A DNA stretch of 64,000 bases from Phoronis australis (Eukaryota > Animalia > Phoronida), in contig NMRA01000215.1 in the NCBI GenBank assembly GCA_002633005.1, forward strand, positions 196,690 to 260,689, given 5' to 3'. A model generated the notes under the pieces. The model did not search any database and was not told the origin of the DNA. It saw only the letters and a list, made by a program, of their open reading frames with translations. Every line of letters begins with the position of its first letter. Positions within the stretch are counted from its first letter, which is position 1. The translations under genes and the position numbers were made by a program. Below, piece by piece: positions 51,101 to 64,000 of this stretch.

Positions 51101-52214
51101 CAGAGATCAGTCTGAGTGGCGACAAGTAGGAAAGAATGTGGAAAAGCCATCAAAAATTGACGTGGTTGACCAACCATTCCATATCAGGTTGCTTCATATC
51201 AATTACAGGTGATCTCTCAATTACTTTGATAGTAGGCACCAATCCAATCGTTTTGAACAATAGAGAAAATTTTGAGCCCAGTTTGTTTGGTAATCAACTG
51301 ATTTCATGATAACACATTTTCTTTGTTAGGCCATAAATAGAAAGGAAATGCTCCTTTGTAAGTAGTAGACAGTTTTCTATAATTGTTTCTTATTGCCTCA
51401 AAAATGAGAAATGAAATTGAATTCAAGAAAAGTGGAAATAAAACAATAAAATGAATATGTTTCCAAAAGTACCTATTTAGCACACAGTTTGGCACACAAA
51501 TGAAAATTTGTTTCGCATTGTTTTCACCCACGCTATTAATGACGTCATATGAAGGTCAAAAGGTATAGTTTAACTTGCGACATCCATGCGTCCATGAGAC
51601 ATTGACATAGTTTTCCTATAACAATACAGGTCATATGGATGTTGTACCTTGGTCGCACATCAGCTGGTTACCCGATAAATGCTTGCTATTGTCTTTATTA
51701 TTACAAAAAACAAAATGAACAACAGATACGCCAATTTGTCCCATAGGTGTTGAATCTGTCAAGGGACTGAATATGGCCATGTAATAAAGTTTTTCGTATT
51801 CACCTCCCGCACTACTTCAACAGTGACATCTGACATTGAAAGTTCAAAAGGTAGGTCAATGTCGACTTGACGTGGGTAGCCGGTTCGATCACCAAACCTT
51901 CAGCAAATAGTTTAAAGTAATACAAATACAGCAGTGTGAATAACGCTCAACATACAATCAGGTCTCAATCGTAATATCTGGAACAGGACTGCTAATTATA
52001 TGACAGTTCAATAAAAGTTGCCCTTGCTTTTGTCTTTCTTATCTCTTTTCAAGTAATAAATCGTCACATTTAAAACTGTTTCTTTTACTAGAGAAAACTT
52101 CCAGCCTAACGCCCATATAGGATGTGATCCGCCACGTGAAGAGTCTGAGTAAAGTAGTTAAAAAATCTGCGGAAAAAATGAAAGAAACTTAGTATTTCGA
52201 AGCGTATGGGATAA

Positions 52215-52345
52215 ATACAAAACGTACCTCGATTGGCGTACATGAAGTAATATCCCAGTCGATATTATTCCATGTATCGACTGAGACCGAAGATCGAGGT
52301 CGATACGCGGAATAATGTATCGTGGGATATTACTTTATGTACGCC
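52215..52345. repeat. ~130-bp imperfect palindrome within the 51770-52345 repeat copy
   Basis: acaaaacgtacctcgattggcgtacatgaagtaatatccca ... tgggatattactttatgtacgccaatcgaggtatgttttgt. Confidence 0.85.
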
Positions 52346-55300
52346 AATCGAGGTATGTTTTGTTTATGTTCCAATCTCTATGCGACCAGCTTGCGACTCA
52401 GTTTCCCATGGATAATATCTTGGTCTGATTTCCAAAGCAGATATGATGTTCTACAATGCTAGCCACAAAAGCATGTTTTTCATTTGGTAGTCGTTCTCGA
52501 ACTTACTTTCGAATCAATTGACCTATCATGGAAAGAGAAGCCACATATGCAAATTACCTTATCCAATGCAACTTATTGATTGGACAGTGCTCTTGACTAT
52601 TTCTGTCATTTACTGGATTTTTATACCCCAAATTTTCATTGATCTGTGCTGTATTCATCATAGTTTTAAAGTTGTTCTTTACTTTCATTGGTTTTTAAGG
52701 AGCAATAGATGCTCAAAATAAGCATCTTTCAAAATCTCTAAATATATGTAGAATACCCGCATATTAATTGGAAGCTGTTGGCAGCCCATAAGTATATGAA
52801 ATCTGTAACAATTGGCAGTCCTGTGTTTCAGGCTAAATGAATCAGGTTGCCAAGCAACTGTCCAAGAATCCTGTAAGGAAGTGTTAGGTTTATGGATTAA
52901 ACTCTTCAAAAGGGTGACTTCTCCATGGACGCTCCCTACAAATGGGCCCCCTTTTGACTCTATCTTCTAAATAAGGTGGGTATCCTAATTTTCCAGTCGC
53001 ACCCGTGTAAAAATTATAGTCTAGTAACCCCGGGCATAAAGCACATTTGATAAAGCTTCTGTATTTGCAGAAGTAGCTGTCCTCCATACTTTGAAAAATA
53101 GGGGAAAAACAATTGTTCGACCAATATATTTGTACGAAATAAGTGAAAAATTACTGTAGCCTGTTGAACTTGAGGATTAACCCGCATATTTCCCTCAGTG
53201 CATGGGAATTTCACATGTTGGCCAACCTTCATGCATGACCAACTATTATAGAGAAGACTGCCAGATGAAAACTAGGGTAATCTTTGCAATTGTTATCTCA
53301 CTGAAACTTTTCTGAAAACATGTCACTACCATTCAAATATATGAAGAGTGATACCTTGAGAACGAGGTGAAGTTGGGTTTACAAGTGAATTTCGTTCTGG
53401 TTACTTTGACTGTCTGTTGTCATAATTCTGAAGTTGTTTTTCTCTTTGGAAGGCAACTTTTTGTGCTTGTTACTATTTGATTGATTGAAAATTGTCTAAG
53501 ACAATTCTAAGTTACTGTAATTGTTAATGTTTACAACCCAGTCAGCATAATGAAGGCATGGCACAGATCAAGAAACAAGACTTTCACCATTACAAAAAAC
53601 TGTGTCAATAAAAGATATTACATTGAGCTGTTGAATTGAGGGACAAGGCAGAGTATACACAAAGATAAAGAGTTTTAAAAGTGACATTGAAACAGCTGTT
53701 TCTTAAAGATACTGCCTTAATGCCCTTTGTAACTGTTTAGGTCTCTATGGTTGAAGTCTCATTAATTGTATTGTTTTCTATTTGTTTAATCTATTGGCAC
53801 AATCTTGAAAATACAGTTGCACTTAAATACTTTAATTATGGGTGGGGTACTGGTTTGACTTCTGGTTGAGATACTTTAGTTTATGCTTGCTAATCTCTAA
53901 TGGTGGCCCCTGCATTCTTGACAGGCCCTGAATCTTGCTTAATTGACTGCTGATGTGAATATGTGTTTATGAAATCACCCATTTTGAGCCTCACATGTTG
54001 ATGGGTTATAAACATCAGCAGTCCTTTGGACACATCAGTTTATACAAATATTTTCTGACCAGAGGCCTCACAAAAGTATGTACTGTTCAGTTCTACAACT
54101 GGCGGGATATGACCAGGATCTTATGACTGCTTCGAATGGATAGATCAGCTTGATGACACTAACTCATAGGAATACACAAGTAATTGTTGACACTTGGAGT
54201 AAGGACTTCTAGCAGTGTCCAGGTAAAGTAGGGATTATTGTGTGTCTGGGCTCTGGGGCAAAGTACGAGTCTCTTTTTTTTTACTACATTTCTTCTTTTT
54301 CGCATTTTCCTGTTAGAACTAAAATTTCGTATTATGTGGCAGTTGGGTGCAATGCCTTCTGCACCAGGAAATGTAGCAAGACGCAAGTGAGGCTAATTAC
54401 AGTGGAAAGGCTTGTAGTTTATATAAAACAAAGGTCATGTCTACAGTGGTTTTATTGAAATTGCGTTAAAATTAACAATGGCACAGGAACTTCACTAGGG
54501 ATGCTTTTGTCATTTCAGTATCCTGTTATTCCTACTTTGCCTCTGTTCACCATTGTGGCTTGCTGTAGGCTAGATTAAGAATTGCATTTCCTGTGATATG
54601 TTCAACCCAGGTAAAATGCCATGCCAAAATCCAATGAACTTCAGAAGCATAAGTGTGAATTACCTCCGCAGAGGTACTACAGACTTAGTGCTATCTGACT
54701 TCACACCCTCAACAAATAAATACTCCTCAAGTTCACCAACAGGTACACAATTTATGTCATAATTAAGACACAGTTAAGTAATTCACAATGGCCACAGAGG
54801 ATGTTGGTCATAGATTTGGAAGGGCTTTGTGATCAAATGGGTTATTGTGTAAGCATTAGCCAACACATCCACTGGACAATAGCTACCCACCCAGTGGTGA
54901 ATTGATTTCTCTAGCCACTGTTGCTAGTAAAATTAGCTGTTTCCTTTGCTTTTCAGTTCATGATCATTACATCTCCCTTTTCCTATTCATCAGTACTCAG
55001 AAAGCTTGCTTAAAATTTCATTGAAGAACAGGGTTGAGGAACAATTCGGTATCAGAGTATTGAGGTCAGTTATCTGAGCAATTCATGCATAGGTGGGCCA
55101 CTTGATCCTCTGATCTTTTGACCAGTGGAGATTGGATTGCTGTGATGTTGATGAAGTCAGTCAGAAGTTTGTCTAGTGCATAAACTATTTACAAGTTTGG
55201 GGGTGGTCTGAAGTCTGGTCACTGCACTGTTTCCCAACCCTGGAGACTTCAACAGGTCACGAGGGTGAAATTGTTGTTAAATGTCAATCTGACTCACCTT

Positions 55301-55378
55301 TTTTATCACCATGGTCTCACTTGACACCACAGTGGTCTTCATCACATTACAGGCTGAGTGAATGGGATAGGGGTGAAT

Positions 55379-55517
55379 AAAGCGAGTACAGACGGGCACT
55401 TAAACTGGCACTTAAACTGGCACTTAAACTGGCGCAGGTTGCCCCAGAGGCAACTTTGGCGCAGGTTGGCCCAGAGGCAACTTGCGCTAGTTAAAGTGCC
55501 CGTCTGGACAAAGCTTT
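55379..55517. mobile_element. Small palindromic MITE with internal 12-bp and 26-bp tandem duplications
   Basis: cagacgggcactt ... aagtgcccgtctg inverted ends; (ggcacttaaact)x3; tggcgcaggttgScccagaggcaact x2. Confidence 0.7.
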
Positions 55518-57857
55518 TGGAACCAAACTTCTTGTGTTTTCTGTTCAAAGCCAGGTAGAGGTCTAAACTGAGTAGTTGGCAGTAGAATCATGTCTACACT
55601 TGCTTGACGCTGTAGATCATAGTAGAACTTGCAGATAAACAAATAGGAAACATTCGTTCCTGTCTTAAGTTTTCAAAACTGGTAGATAATGGTAAAAAAT
55701 CTGTCCTTTCCAATTTCTGAAATTACCACTTCTGCCCCCTCCTGACTTAAGTAGGTGAATGGTCAACTTCAAACTAATGACCTTTCTCACCTGTCTCTGT
55801 GGTCTCCATTTCAACAAAGGTTACATAATACAGGTCTTTATGGTTTCAAAAGCTCTTCATCCTGAAAGTTATTCAACAAGGTTTTTTGTTTCAATAAAAA
55901 ATTCAAACAAAAACAATGTTTAAATGTCGGTACAAAAATAGCAAATATAAAAACCACAAAATCTCTAAGAGTATAATATTGCGGAGGAAAAGTGTAATTG
56001 TATTTTGCGAAATTTTGTAGCAATTATGAAAACATTTATTTCACTGTCACCATGGAGTACATGGTAGCATTTTGATCATCTACTGTGGTAAAATTATTGT
56101 TTTTATCAAGAGGTTTATTTCATGCTTGAAACTGGTCCATTTGACTTAAAGTAACACCGAGATACTGCTGAACTCCCAGGCATTAGATAACAAGACTTAA
56201 GTAGGTTTAAAAGTCATGTTTCTCAACTTCCAGTTTTAATTGAGTCAATCAAGATGACATTTATTGTCCTGAATTTCAACTTTTTTGGTTGTTAACTTCG
56301 TACTACTATACGTAGATTAAGCCCGAATGCGGAAATGTTTTCCCTCTTAACCACACCCTTCACATTTGATCTTGGTTTCTTTTCGTCTGGTAACCCGAGC
56401 AATTGTGTTACAGTTGTTTTTTTACTCTGCGCTGTGTGCAATGCAGTTATTTCGTAAATGGCAAGCGTCTTCAGTTGAACATACCGACGGAAACAGGTGC
56501 AAAACAACTTAAAGGGCGTGGTAAGATCAGTTGGAACAGAAGTAAACAATTGTTTTTTAATTGCATCATTCTAGCTCTAACTGTGTACTCTTGGGTGAAT
56601 GGCCCTGGAGTCTAGCCAGAGAGATCACACTCCAATATTAGACTCAAGTTCCGGTATCTCATTACAATTTTGGAAACAAACAAAATTTCCCTCAGAGTAG
56701 ACATAGCCCGACTTTTCTCGGCAGCCAAAAGCACTGGCTGCTCTGCAATATGAGAAATGCTAATCGAAATACTTGGTACACGCGGCAATTTTGATTGGGC
56801 GAGACTGGTTGGAATTAGGTAGAAGATGCAGGTCCCTCCGAGTTCTTCCTGTTTAAACTTGGATGACTTATTATTGTTCTGTATAGGCAATGAGTAGCCA
56901 GGTGGTCATAATTATTAGTTCTTGTCATATCGGTTTTCTCTCATCTCGGTTATGATCCTGGAATTGTCCAGTCTCAAGTGTCTGGGCCCTGGCTTGCATA
57001 AGAGGCCTACTGTACATTGTCCAACATAATTCTTAGGGAAACTGTCGAAGAATGCTCCATTTGGATCTTTTATTTATCATTTTGGTGGCCGCCAGGGGTC
57101 GTGATTAATCGTTTGGCATGGCCATCAAATCTAAATGGTATCTGGCATCCTAATGTATTTCAAAGAAAGGTGTAGAAAAAAGTTATAAAACTTTTTGGTT
57201 GTTGGACAATTTTTTGTCCTAATCTAAGAGTTTTTCCGACAAAAATAATGGTGAATGGATGTTGTCTCCTAATGCAGATGTTGTACCTCTGCTTAATCAG
57301 CCAATCCAATCCTTTTTTCAAATAACATTATCAACAACAGTGTCACCAAATGGCATTGGAGTTTATACCGTATGGGACAAATCTTCAGATACACCTTCAA
57401 TGTACATGTGTTGTGAGTAGAGATTTAAATAATTAGGATTATTTTGCTTTTAAATTCTTTGAGTTATCATGCTGTCAAATTATCTTATCTACTATTGTTC
57501 TCAAGGTTTCCCTAAATGTAAACTGTATACCTTTGGAGATACAAACTTTGCATAAAGCTACCTCGATGGAAAATCAGTGTGAATCAAATACGAGGATTAA
57601 TATTTTGTGTCCACTACATATTGCACAGTATCACATCTCCAACATTAAGGTCATGTGTAGTTTTCTGAATACTTTGGTTTCATTTTCAGGCAGGTCATGT
57701 GATATGAAAGTATTCTATTCTATCATGATTTTTGGAGTTGTTTCACTTGTAAAGCCAAGGTGAACAGGGGAGATAAGCGTTTATGACTGGCAGAATTCTT
57801 GTGCTGTGCACAACATTTGAATTTCCTTTTGTGGGGTTTTGGAATACTATACTCTAA

Positions 57858-58011
57858 CATGGGCAGCGCAGCACTGAAAAAAGTGGGGGGGAGGTCTAAA
57901 GCCCCGTCAGCGCCCCCTGTGATGCACCGCCTGTAGACCATGTGCGGTGTAGCACTGAAAAAAGTGGGGGAGGGGCTATAGCTCCCAGCCCCCTATGGTG
58001 CACCGCCCATG
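57858..58011 (+). mobile_element. 154-bp dimeric MITE with 5-bp TSD
   Basis: catgggc ... gcccatg termini; TCTAA duplicated at 57853-57857 and 58012-58016; two head-to-tail monomers each with gcactgaaaaaagtggggg. Confidence 0.85.
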
Positions 58012-60299
58012 TCTAAGCATTTTTAAAAGCATGTCCCAAAATGATACTCATTAGTCTTCTCTTTGATTTTTCCTTAAAAAATTATTACTACAACATTGAT
58101 AGTGTTTTGGTGGAGCCTACAGTTTTTTGACCAGATGTGAAATAACTATTACAAATGTTATATTTCTAAATACTAATCAGTCAGAACTAAGCGACAGTTT
58201 TCAAGGTCAATACTGATAAGTATAAGATTGTTATGAAAGGTTATCTAAGGACTAATTAGTTCCAAATACCAAGTTTCATAGATTGTGGGTCCAGGATCTG
58301 ATGAAATTTTCAACCAATTGTAACTGTGACCTTTAAGAACTTTGTTAGCTACAATTTTCCTTGAATCTGACTGCAACTGACAAATTTTTGCAGTTTTTTT
58401 TGGCTCCAAAAATTTGACCCGTGCCACTCTTGTCTTGGTGCTGTTTTTTGTTCATTCTTTCCACTGAATGTCTCATGTTCGTAGCTTGTCATAATTGGAC
58501 ACTTGATTTCAAAATGTTACTAAGTGGCAAATTAAAAAAAGTCTTCAGTTTGGTGGTTAAGAAAATGATGAAAGAAAGACTAAGTAGGTGAAAAAAATCA
58601 GTATTTTATATAAATTGATATTGCAAATCACAGTGACCAGAACATAAATTTTTATCACACAATCGTATACAATAACATAAAACCCTTTTTTATTTATTTA
58701 TTTATTTATTTATTCATTTGGTTCAAGGGCTTTTGAAAAAATCCTTGCTGAAGATCTTTTCCACTTCAATTACCTCATCTCCTTGAAAGTATCAAGTTTT
58801 TCAGTGATGTCTGTACATACATCTTGAAAATCCTGTTGCTGGATTGATTATGTTGTGTTGTGTTTTTCATGATGCAAAGAATTCAAGGAACATATTCAGC
58901 TTTTTCCATACAGTCTATAATTTTGAAAGTTCTGTTGTACAAAAATGATAGTCAAAATTATTATAATTTTAGTACTTTTTTATGGCTGACTAACTGCCTG
59001 ACTATTTTTCTTGTAAATACTCAAAATTTATGTTCATCATTTTAGGGAAGGTCTTTAATAAGAAACCATGCATTACCATAAGACAATATGTTTTCTTGGG
59101 AATTTTGAAGAAATAAAAATTCCACTTTTTCTCAATACTGTGTGCTATTAGTAACAGCCTTAGCCTTAAGCTGTAGTAGTGTTTAACTGCTTAAAAACAC
59201 CAGGATAAAATGATTCATTGTAAAATATAAGGTCTGCTTTATTGGGTGTAAAGCGTCTTCAGGTGAGTAGTGGCAAAACCTCAGATAGGAAGTTAGTTGA
59301 AGCTCAAGACATAAGAAAATTCAATAAGTTGAAGGTTGAATAAGGTCTGGTAAGTGAATAGTAGAGCCAGGTGCTCTTTTGTTGTCAAAGATTCTTTGGT
59401 GATGTTAATGTTATTGCTGCCAAAAACTCAGAGAAAAGTATCCATAAAAAATGTCTGATCATAAAAGAGCACCAGACTCACAATTCATTGAATGCCAACC
59501 AGACCTCTGTCAACGTCCAGCTGTGGTAACAAACGTATTTGTATTCTCTGTACTTCATCTGGCTTCCGGAACACTTGTACTCAAATGAAGATGGCTTATG
59601 GTCAGTAAATATCTCTTTTAAAATGAATTACTTGATTATTGGGGTTATTTCTTAGATTATTAAACCTGCGAGCTAAATTGTTGAAAAGTGCCATCATCTA
59701 GGTCGGATAAGTGAATAGTTTTGTGAGGCAGTAGAACCAGTATATTGGAAGGTCGGATCTAAGATCACAGTCAGAAGGCAGGGATGGGATTTGTCGGACA
59801 GTGGACAGACTTGGTAGGGTTGCACTTTATTCTTCCTTTACATCAGTGCCAACGTAGCTGACTATGAGGGTTCTATGAAGATACTGAATGTCCCTCTGGA
59901 TCCACGTCTAGTGTCAGAAAATTGTAAATAGGTTCTTGAGTGATAAGGGAAAGTTGCTTGCGTTTGTCGTCACTGCTAAACCACTCAAGAGTCCCGTTGA
60001 TTATTTACCGCGTGTAGTGTTCCATTCCGTTCTTGGCTGAACACACTTGAAGTGTGGGCTTGATGAGAGAGCCACTCCAAGCCGTGATAACATCACAATA
60101 CTGTGAAGAGTGTTTGGCAAAACACTGTGCTATGAAAACTCAATTATTGAGAGCTCCTGTACCATCTGGACAACTTCTTCCTAACATCTGGTAGTGGTTT
60201 TTGAGAACATCTGCTCCGTGCATTGATTTCTCAACTGCCCGACTTGTGTTAATTTGTTTTTTTAATCTGGTAATTGAGATAGGTTCTGGGTTTTTTCGA

Positions 60300-63100
60300 A
60301 CTGATAGAACCTTGTTGAGACATTACAATTACAAGCTGTGCAATTTTTGAGTACTTTTAGCGGGTGTAGTTCACGCTGTACAAATAAACTCCACGGAAGT
60401 GTCGTGGGCCAGTTTTTGTACTCAAGCCTCTCGACCTGCTGGTTGTCTCATTACAATTTCACTCTTTTTGTATTGTGCCGCCATCTTTTGAGAAAACAAG
60501 TGACGTTAGTTGCAGTACTCTTTGATCAGGGTTGGGTTCTTTAGACTGTGGAACTGCAGTGCAGAACCCATATTTGGACTTCTATGCACAGACGCAATCC
60601 ACACGCGAAGCAACCTAGTGCGATCAATTGCTGCGTTTGTAATGTGCATGGCAATATATTGCAAAGTCTTGCGTTTTTGCGAGGTTTTCACACCTGCGAG
60701 AGCGCTCCCACTCGTACGCTAAGGGTAGCCTATTCCGAAATTCTCCGATTCCAGCCCAGTCTGCTTTTAGGTTGATTCTTTCTAAAATCTAATTTTGCGG
60801 AGTGCAAGTAGTTTGTTCATCAGTAGCACCTTCAATTAAAAGGGCATATTAACAGACATTTCCTACTATAAGACCATTTAGGCTTTTAAAAAGTAACGTT
60901 TCTTTCTCCTCATCTACCTTCAACTGTAGCTTGAAATCCCATCACAAAGTCTGATAAATTACCAAGCGTGACGAGCGCTTTGCGGGGATTGTTAATTGTG
61001 ACAAAACTAGACATAACATTATCTCGAACAATGCGCTCATCACTATGGAAATGAAGGACTAGCCTTCGGTGAAATTCACCGTGCCGTTTTTAAGACTTAA
61101 AGAAATTTGTACCGAAGGTGACCGAGCGTTAGAAATTTTGCTGTAATGATCTCGGTCATCCCTTAGAGAAGTTTACATTTCATCCACAATTTTCTGCACG
61201 AGGCACAGCGGCGAAACGTTCACGATTGTGTCACGAGCACTGAAAGTGTTTGAAGTTACATAAGTATGGAATGTCTTGTTTATGTAGACTATATTTCGTA
61301 GACATGTACAACTTGTTAAAAACCTCTTCGGATCGTTTTAGAACACGAATGACACGGCTAAACACAACTGTCAAATTACGCCGGGAATAGTGAAGATGTG
61401 TTTCTTAAAGCTGTACTGTCCAAGTGAAACTTTTGTGTTGCGTTGCGGTAAAAAATGCTTTTAACACACGCCGAAGTTTCTGCAGATTTCACGTGAACAC
61501 CCAGTTTCGGGTTCCATTAAAGAGACATTTCGGTAAGAAAGTGGGGTCATTTTGTGGTTTTGTAAAGGATATTAAAAGCTTGTTCCAAAGGCTAACGTTG
61601 ACAGGGAATTCTTCATAAGATGTCAGCCAATTCATTCTTTAAATTTTCCCAAAATTTAAAAAAGCAATTCCCTGTTATTGATTTGGCAACTGGAAGTAAA
61701 TGGAAATTGGCGATTCAAAGAAAAATCATTTTTATGGGGTACATGTTTTTTCATGGTGACAGTCGGACACTTTTGTTTATGGTGCACAAATCCTGAAGAA
61801 CACAAGGTGGCTGAATACACCTCACCTGTCGCGTTACCGACATTTTGCTAGCAGACCTAAACCCCACTTGGCAAATAGGAAAGTATTGAACTAATGAAGT
61901 CACCAGCCTCAGTGACTGAAAGCCAACGACAAGGAATTCGCGTTCTGTAATCCGAAAATGTGTTTTCTCGGCGGTACCGTTTAAAAAAGACTCCTGATTT
62001 CGTCAGCATTATTTTACCATATAGATGCGTTATTTGCGTATTGTTCACCTTCTTGAGAAAGTCGGAAATTTGCAGAATATCCCTTTAAAACCATTAAGAA
62101 TTCAATCAATCGACCACCTGCAAAGGTTAAGTTTTAGGGTTCGTTGATTAGTTCCGTGGATCATTTCATCTGGACTCTATAGACTAAATAATTGCAAACG
62201 ATACCAATAAAGTACTACCGGGGGTCCTAAAGCTTGTTTGGAGCAAGTTACATAAGTTGAATATGCGGGGGGGTGCAGCAACCTTTTTAATTACACGCTT
62301 TCTAAGTGGCGTCTAAAACCTTATCAAGCGGCTATCAGTGAAAAAACACGAAATCTATTAAATAATGAAAAAGTAAACCTAAACCATTTGTGTTTGCAGT
62401 AAATATGTCCGGGGTGTGTGTATCCTAATAAACTACCCAGGCCGAACCGTCCCGCGTGTTTTCTTCGAATATGTGTTAGTAATTGTGACGTATTCTCCTT
62501 TAAGAGTTTGTTATCTGTTTATCCTAAAGTGTACATAAACATTTCAAAAAAATAAGCTAAGCTCACTTGTGTTTTGCATGTTACCTGTCACACCGGATGT
62601 AGGCACTTTGTTTCCAAGCATGTTCGTTACGTGTGCTTGTTGGGCATATAGGCTAAAGTATAGGCGTCTCTAATGTCCAAAATCCATACATAACAAAAGA
62701 AAATGTACGCATCGTGATTCGTCGTGGCCATCTAAACGTGTTAGTTATAAACTTCGTTTTTGTCCATTGTTATTTAATCACCATCATGTGAGATATCTTG
62801 GGATTTGTTTGTATTGCAACTCCGCCACACAGGCAAGCGTCTTTGATGGTGTTTAGAACCACTGGTTGTAATCAAACGCAAAATGCCGAGGCGTTGGTGA
62901 ACTATTGTGCAGGCCTTCGTTTTTTCATCATAAGCCCTGTCTGTAGTATCCGATTTTTGCGTACGACTAATCGGACACGAATTTTCGAATTAACTAGTAT
63001 GGGATGTCGTTTACGACATTCGGAGTAGCAATGGTCCAAAATTCGAACACGCTGTCGCTTACGAAAAATCGGAGCGTGTAAACAGTACCATGTACTTTGT
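60300..63100. promoter_or_regulatory. CpG-richer, promoter-like region
   Basis: CpG visibly more frequent than in most of 32-59 kb (not quantified); ETS-type CGGAAGTG at 60394-60401 and YY1-type GCCGCCATCTT at 60477-60487. Confidence 0.45.
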
Positions 63101-63704
63101 TTGACGAAGAGCGACGACTACAAGTTCAGTCATTCCAACTTTTACGAATTGCGTCTAAATCTATTCGTTCGTCTTATGTAAAAGCTTTCATTATCATCGT
63201 TTTTATTGCTAAATTCTGCAAAGCAATTGCGGACTGGTTTATGAATTTTTACTGTGTTTTAGAATTGAAAATGTTACTGTAATGATTCACATTAACCAGT
63301 TACCATGACTAGCCTATATTTTACTTGATACCTCCAAATGTTATAAGTACAGGATGCAGCAAAATGATCCACACGTTTATCATTTTCACAAAAGCCAAAA
63401 AGTGTAAAGAACGAGATTGCTTTATATATGAACATTTCGAAAACAGAAACACATTTTTCGTTTTTTTACTCTTTTGGGTTTTTATTAAACCTACAGATAT
63501 GTCGTATCAGTCACCCTGTATAAGTATATAAAAGTAAAATCTACACTCATAGGAATGCACTTATGATAAAGCATCCAATACTGTTAACACGTATACACGC
63601 GCGTGCACTTGCGCGCGCATACCTGCTATGCACGTACATATTCATATTTGTGTTATGTGTGCTTTGTAAATTTTCATCTATGCCAGTAACACAACTTGTA
63701 AAGA

Positions 63705-63826
63705 CATGGGCTGGGGGGATGGGGGGAGGGCTACTTTTTTCAGTGCTACGCCGCACATGATCTATGGGCGATGCACACCACAGGGGGCTGTAGCCCCCCA
63801 CTTTTTTCCGTGCTGCGCCGCCCATG
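63705..63826 (-). mobile_element. 122-bp copy of the same dimeric MITE, inverted
   Basis: catgggc ... gcccatg termini; AAAGA duplicated at 63700-63704 and 63827-63831; reverse complement aligns to 57858-58011. Confidence 0.85.
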
Positions 63827-64000
63827 AAAGACAGCACCAACCAAAAGCCGGATTACGAAGACGTTAACTGGTGAACCAAAATTCTTTCTTGTCATATAAT
63901 AGTCCTTGAGGTTCGTAGTGTTTAACAAGAACAACTGCGTTCATGCTAAAACCATGAACCTGTCTTCATGGTTCATGCACATGTTCTTGTGGTCGTAACT

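Noticed and set aside
57690-57759. Plus-strand exon-like block encoding a hydrophobic, signal-peptide-like MKVFYSIMIFGVVSLVKP
   Set aside because: No partner exons or homology recognised; T-rich DNA often yields such peptides by chance.
1-64000. Conserved bilaterian microRNAs, rRNA and snRNA genes
   Set aside because: A by-eye check for mature sequences I remember found only partial chance matches; an Rfam or MirGeneDB search would be needed to exclude them properly.

Overview
AT-rich, intron-rich animal genomic DNA (probably an invertebrate; the taxon cannot be fixed from sequence alone). The only confidently identifiable gene is the 3' part of uroporphyrinogen-III synthase (UROS) on the + strand: five GT-AG exons (531-605, 4024-4107, 6541-6626, 8046-8141, 21003-21134) that splice into one frame ending at TGA; its 5' exons lie left of the window. 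The rest is intronic or intergenic, filled with non-autonomous DNA transposons, minisatellites and microsatellites. Most notable: (1) a Helentron/DINE-type element carrying about 11 regularly spaced, co-oriented CTCF-like motifs, plus an older second copy; (2) four CA...TG elements, each with a 5-bp target-site duplication, one carrying a tRNA-like Pol III cassette; (3) a Penelope-type minimal hammerhead motif in the last UROS intron; (4) a tandemly duplicated, decayed, spliced minus-strand gene with a possible BEN-like domain; (5) a 45-bp minisatellite of AP-1 sites; (6) a CpG-richer promoter-like zone near 60.3-64 kb. A ~770-bp duplication flanking the single N is probably an assembly artefact. 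All alignments and counts were done by eye; no database searches were run. I found nothing that proves a wholly new biological system; the CTCF-array element is the best candidate.
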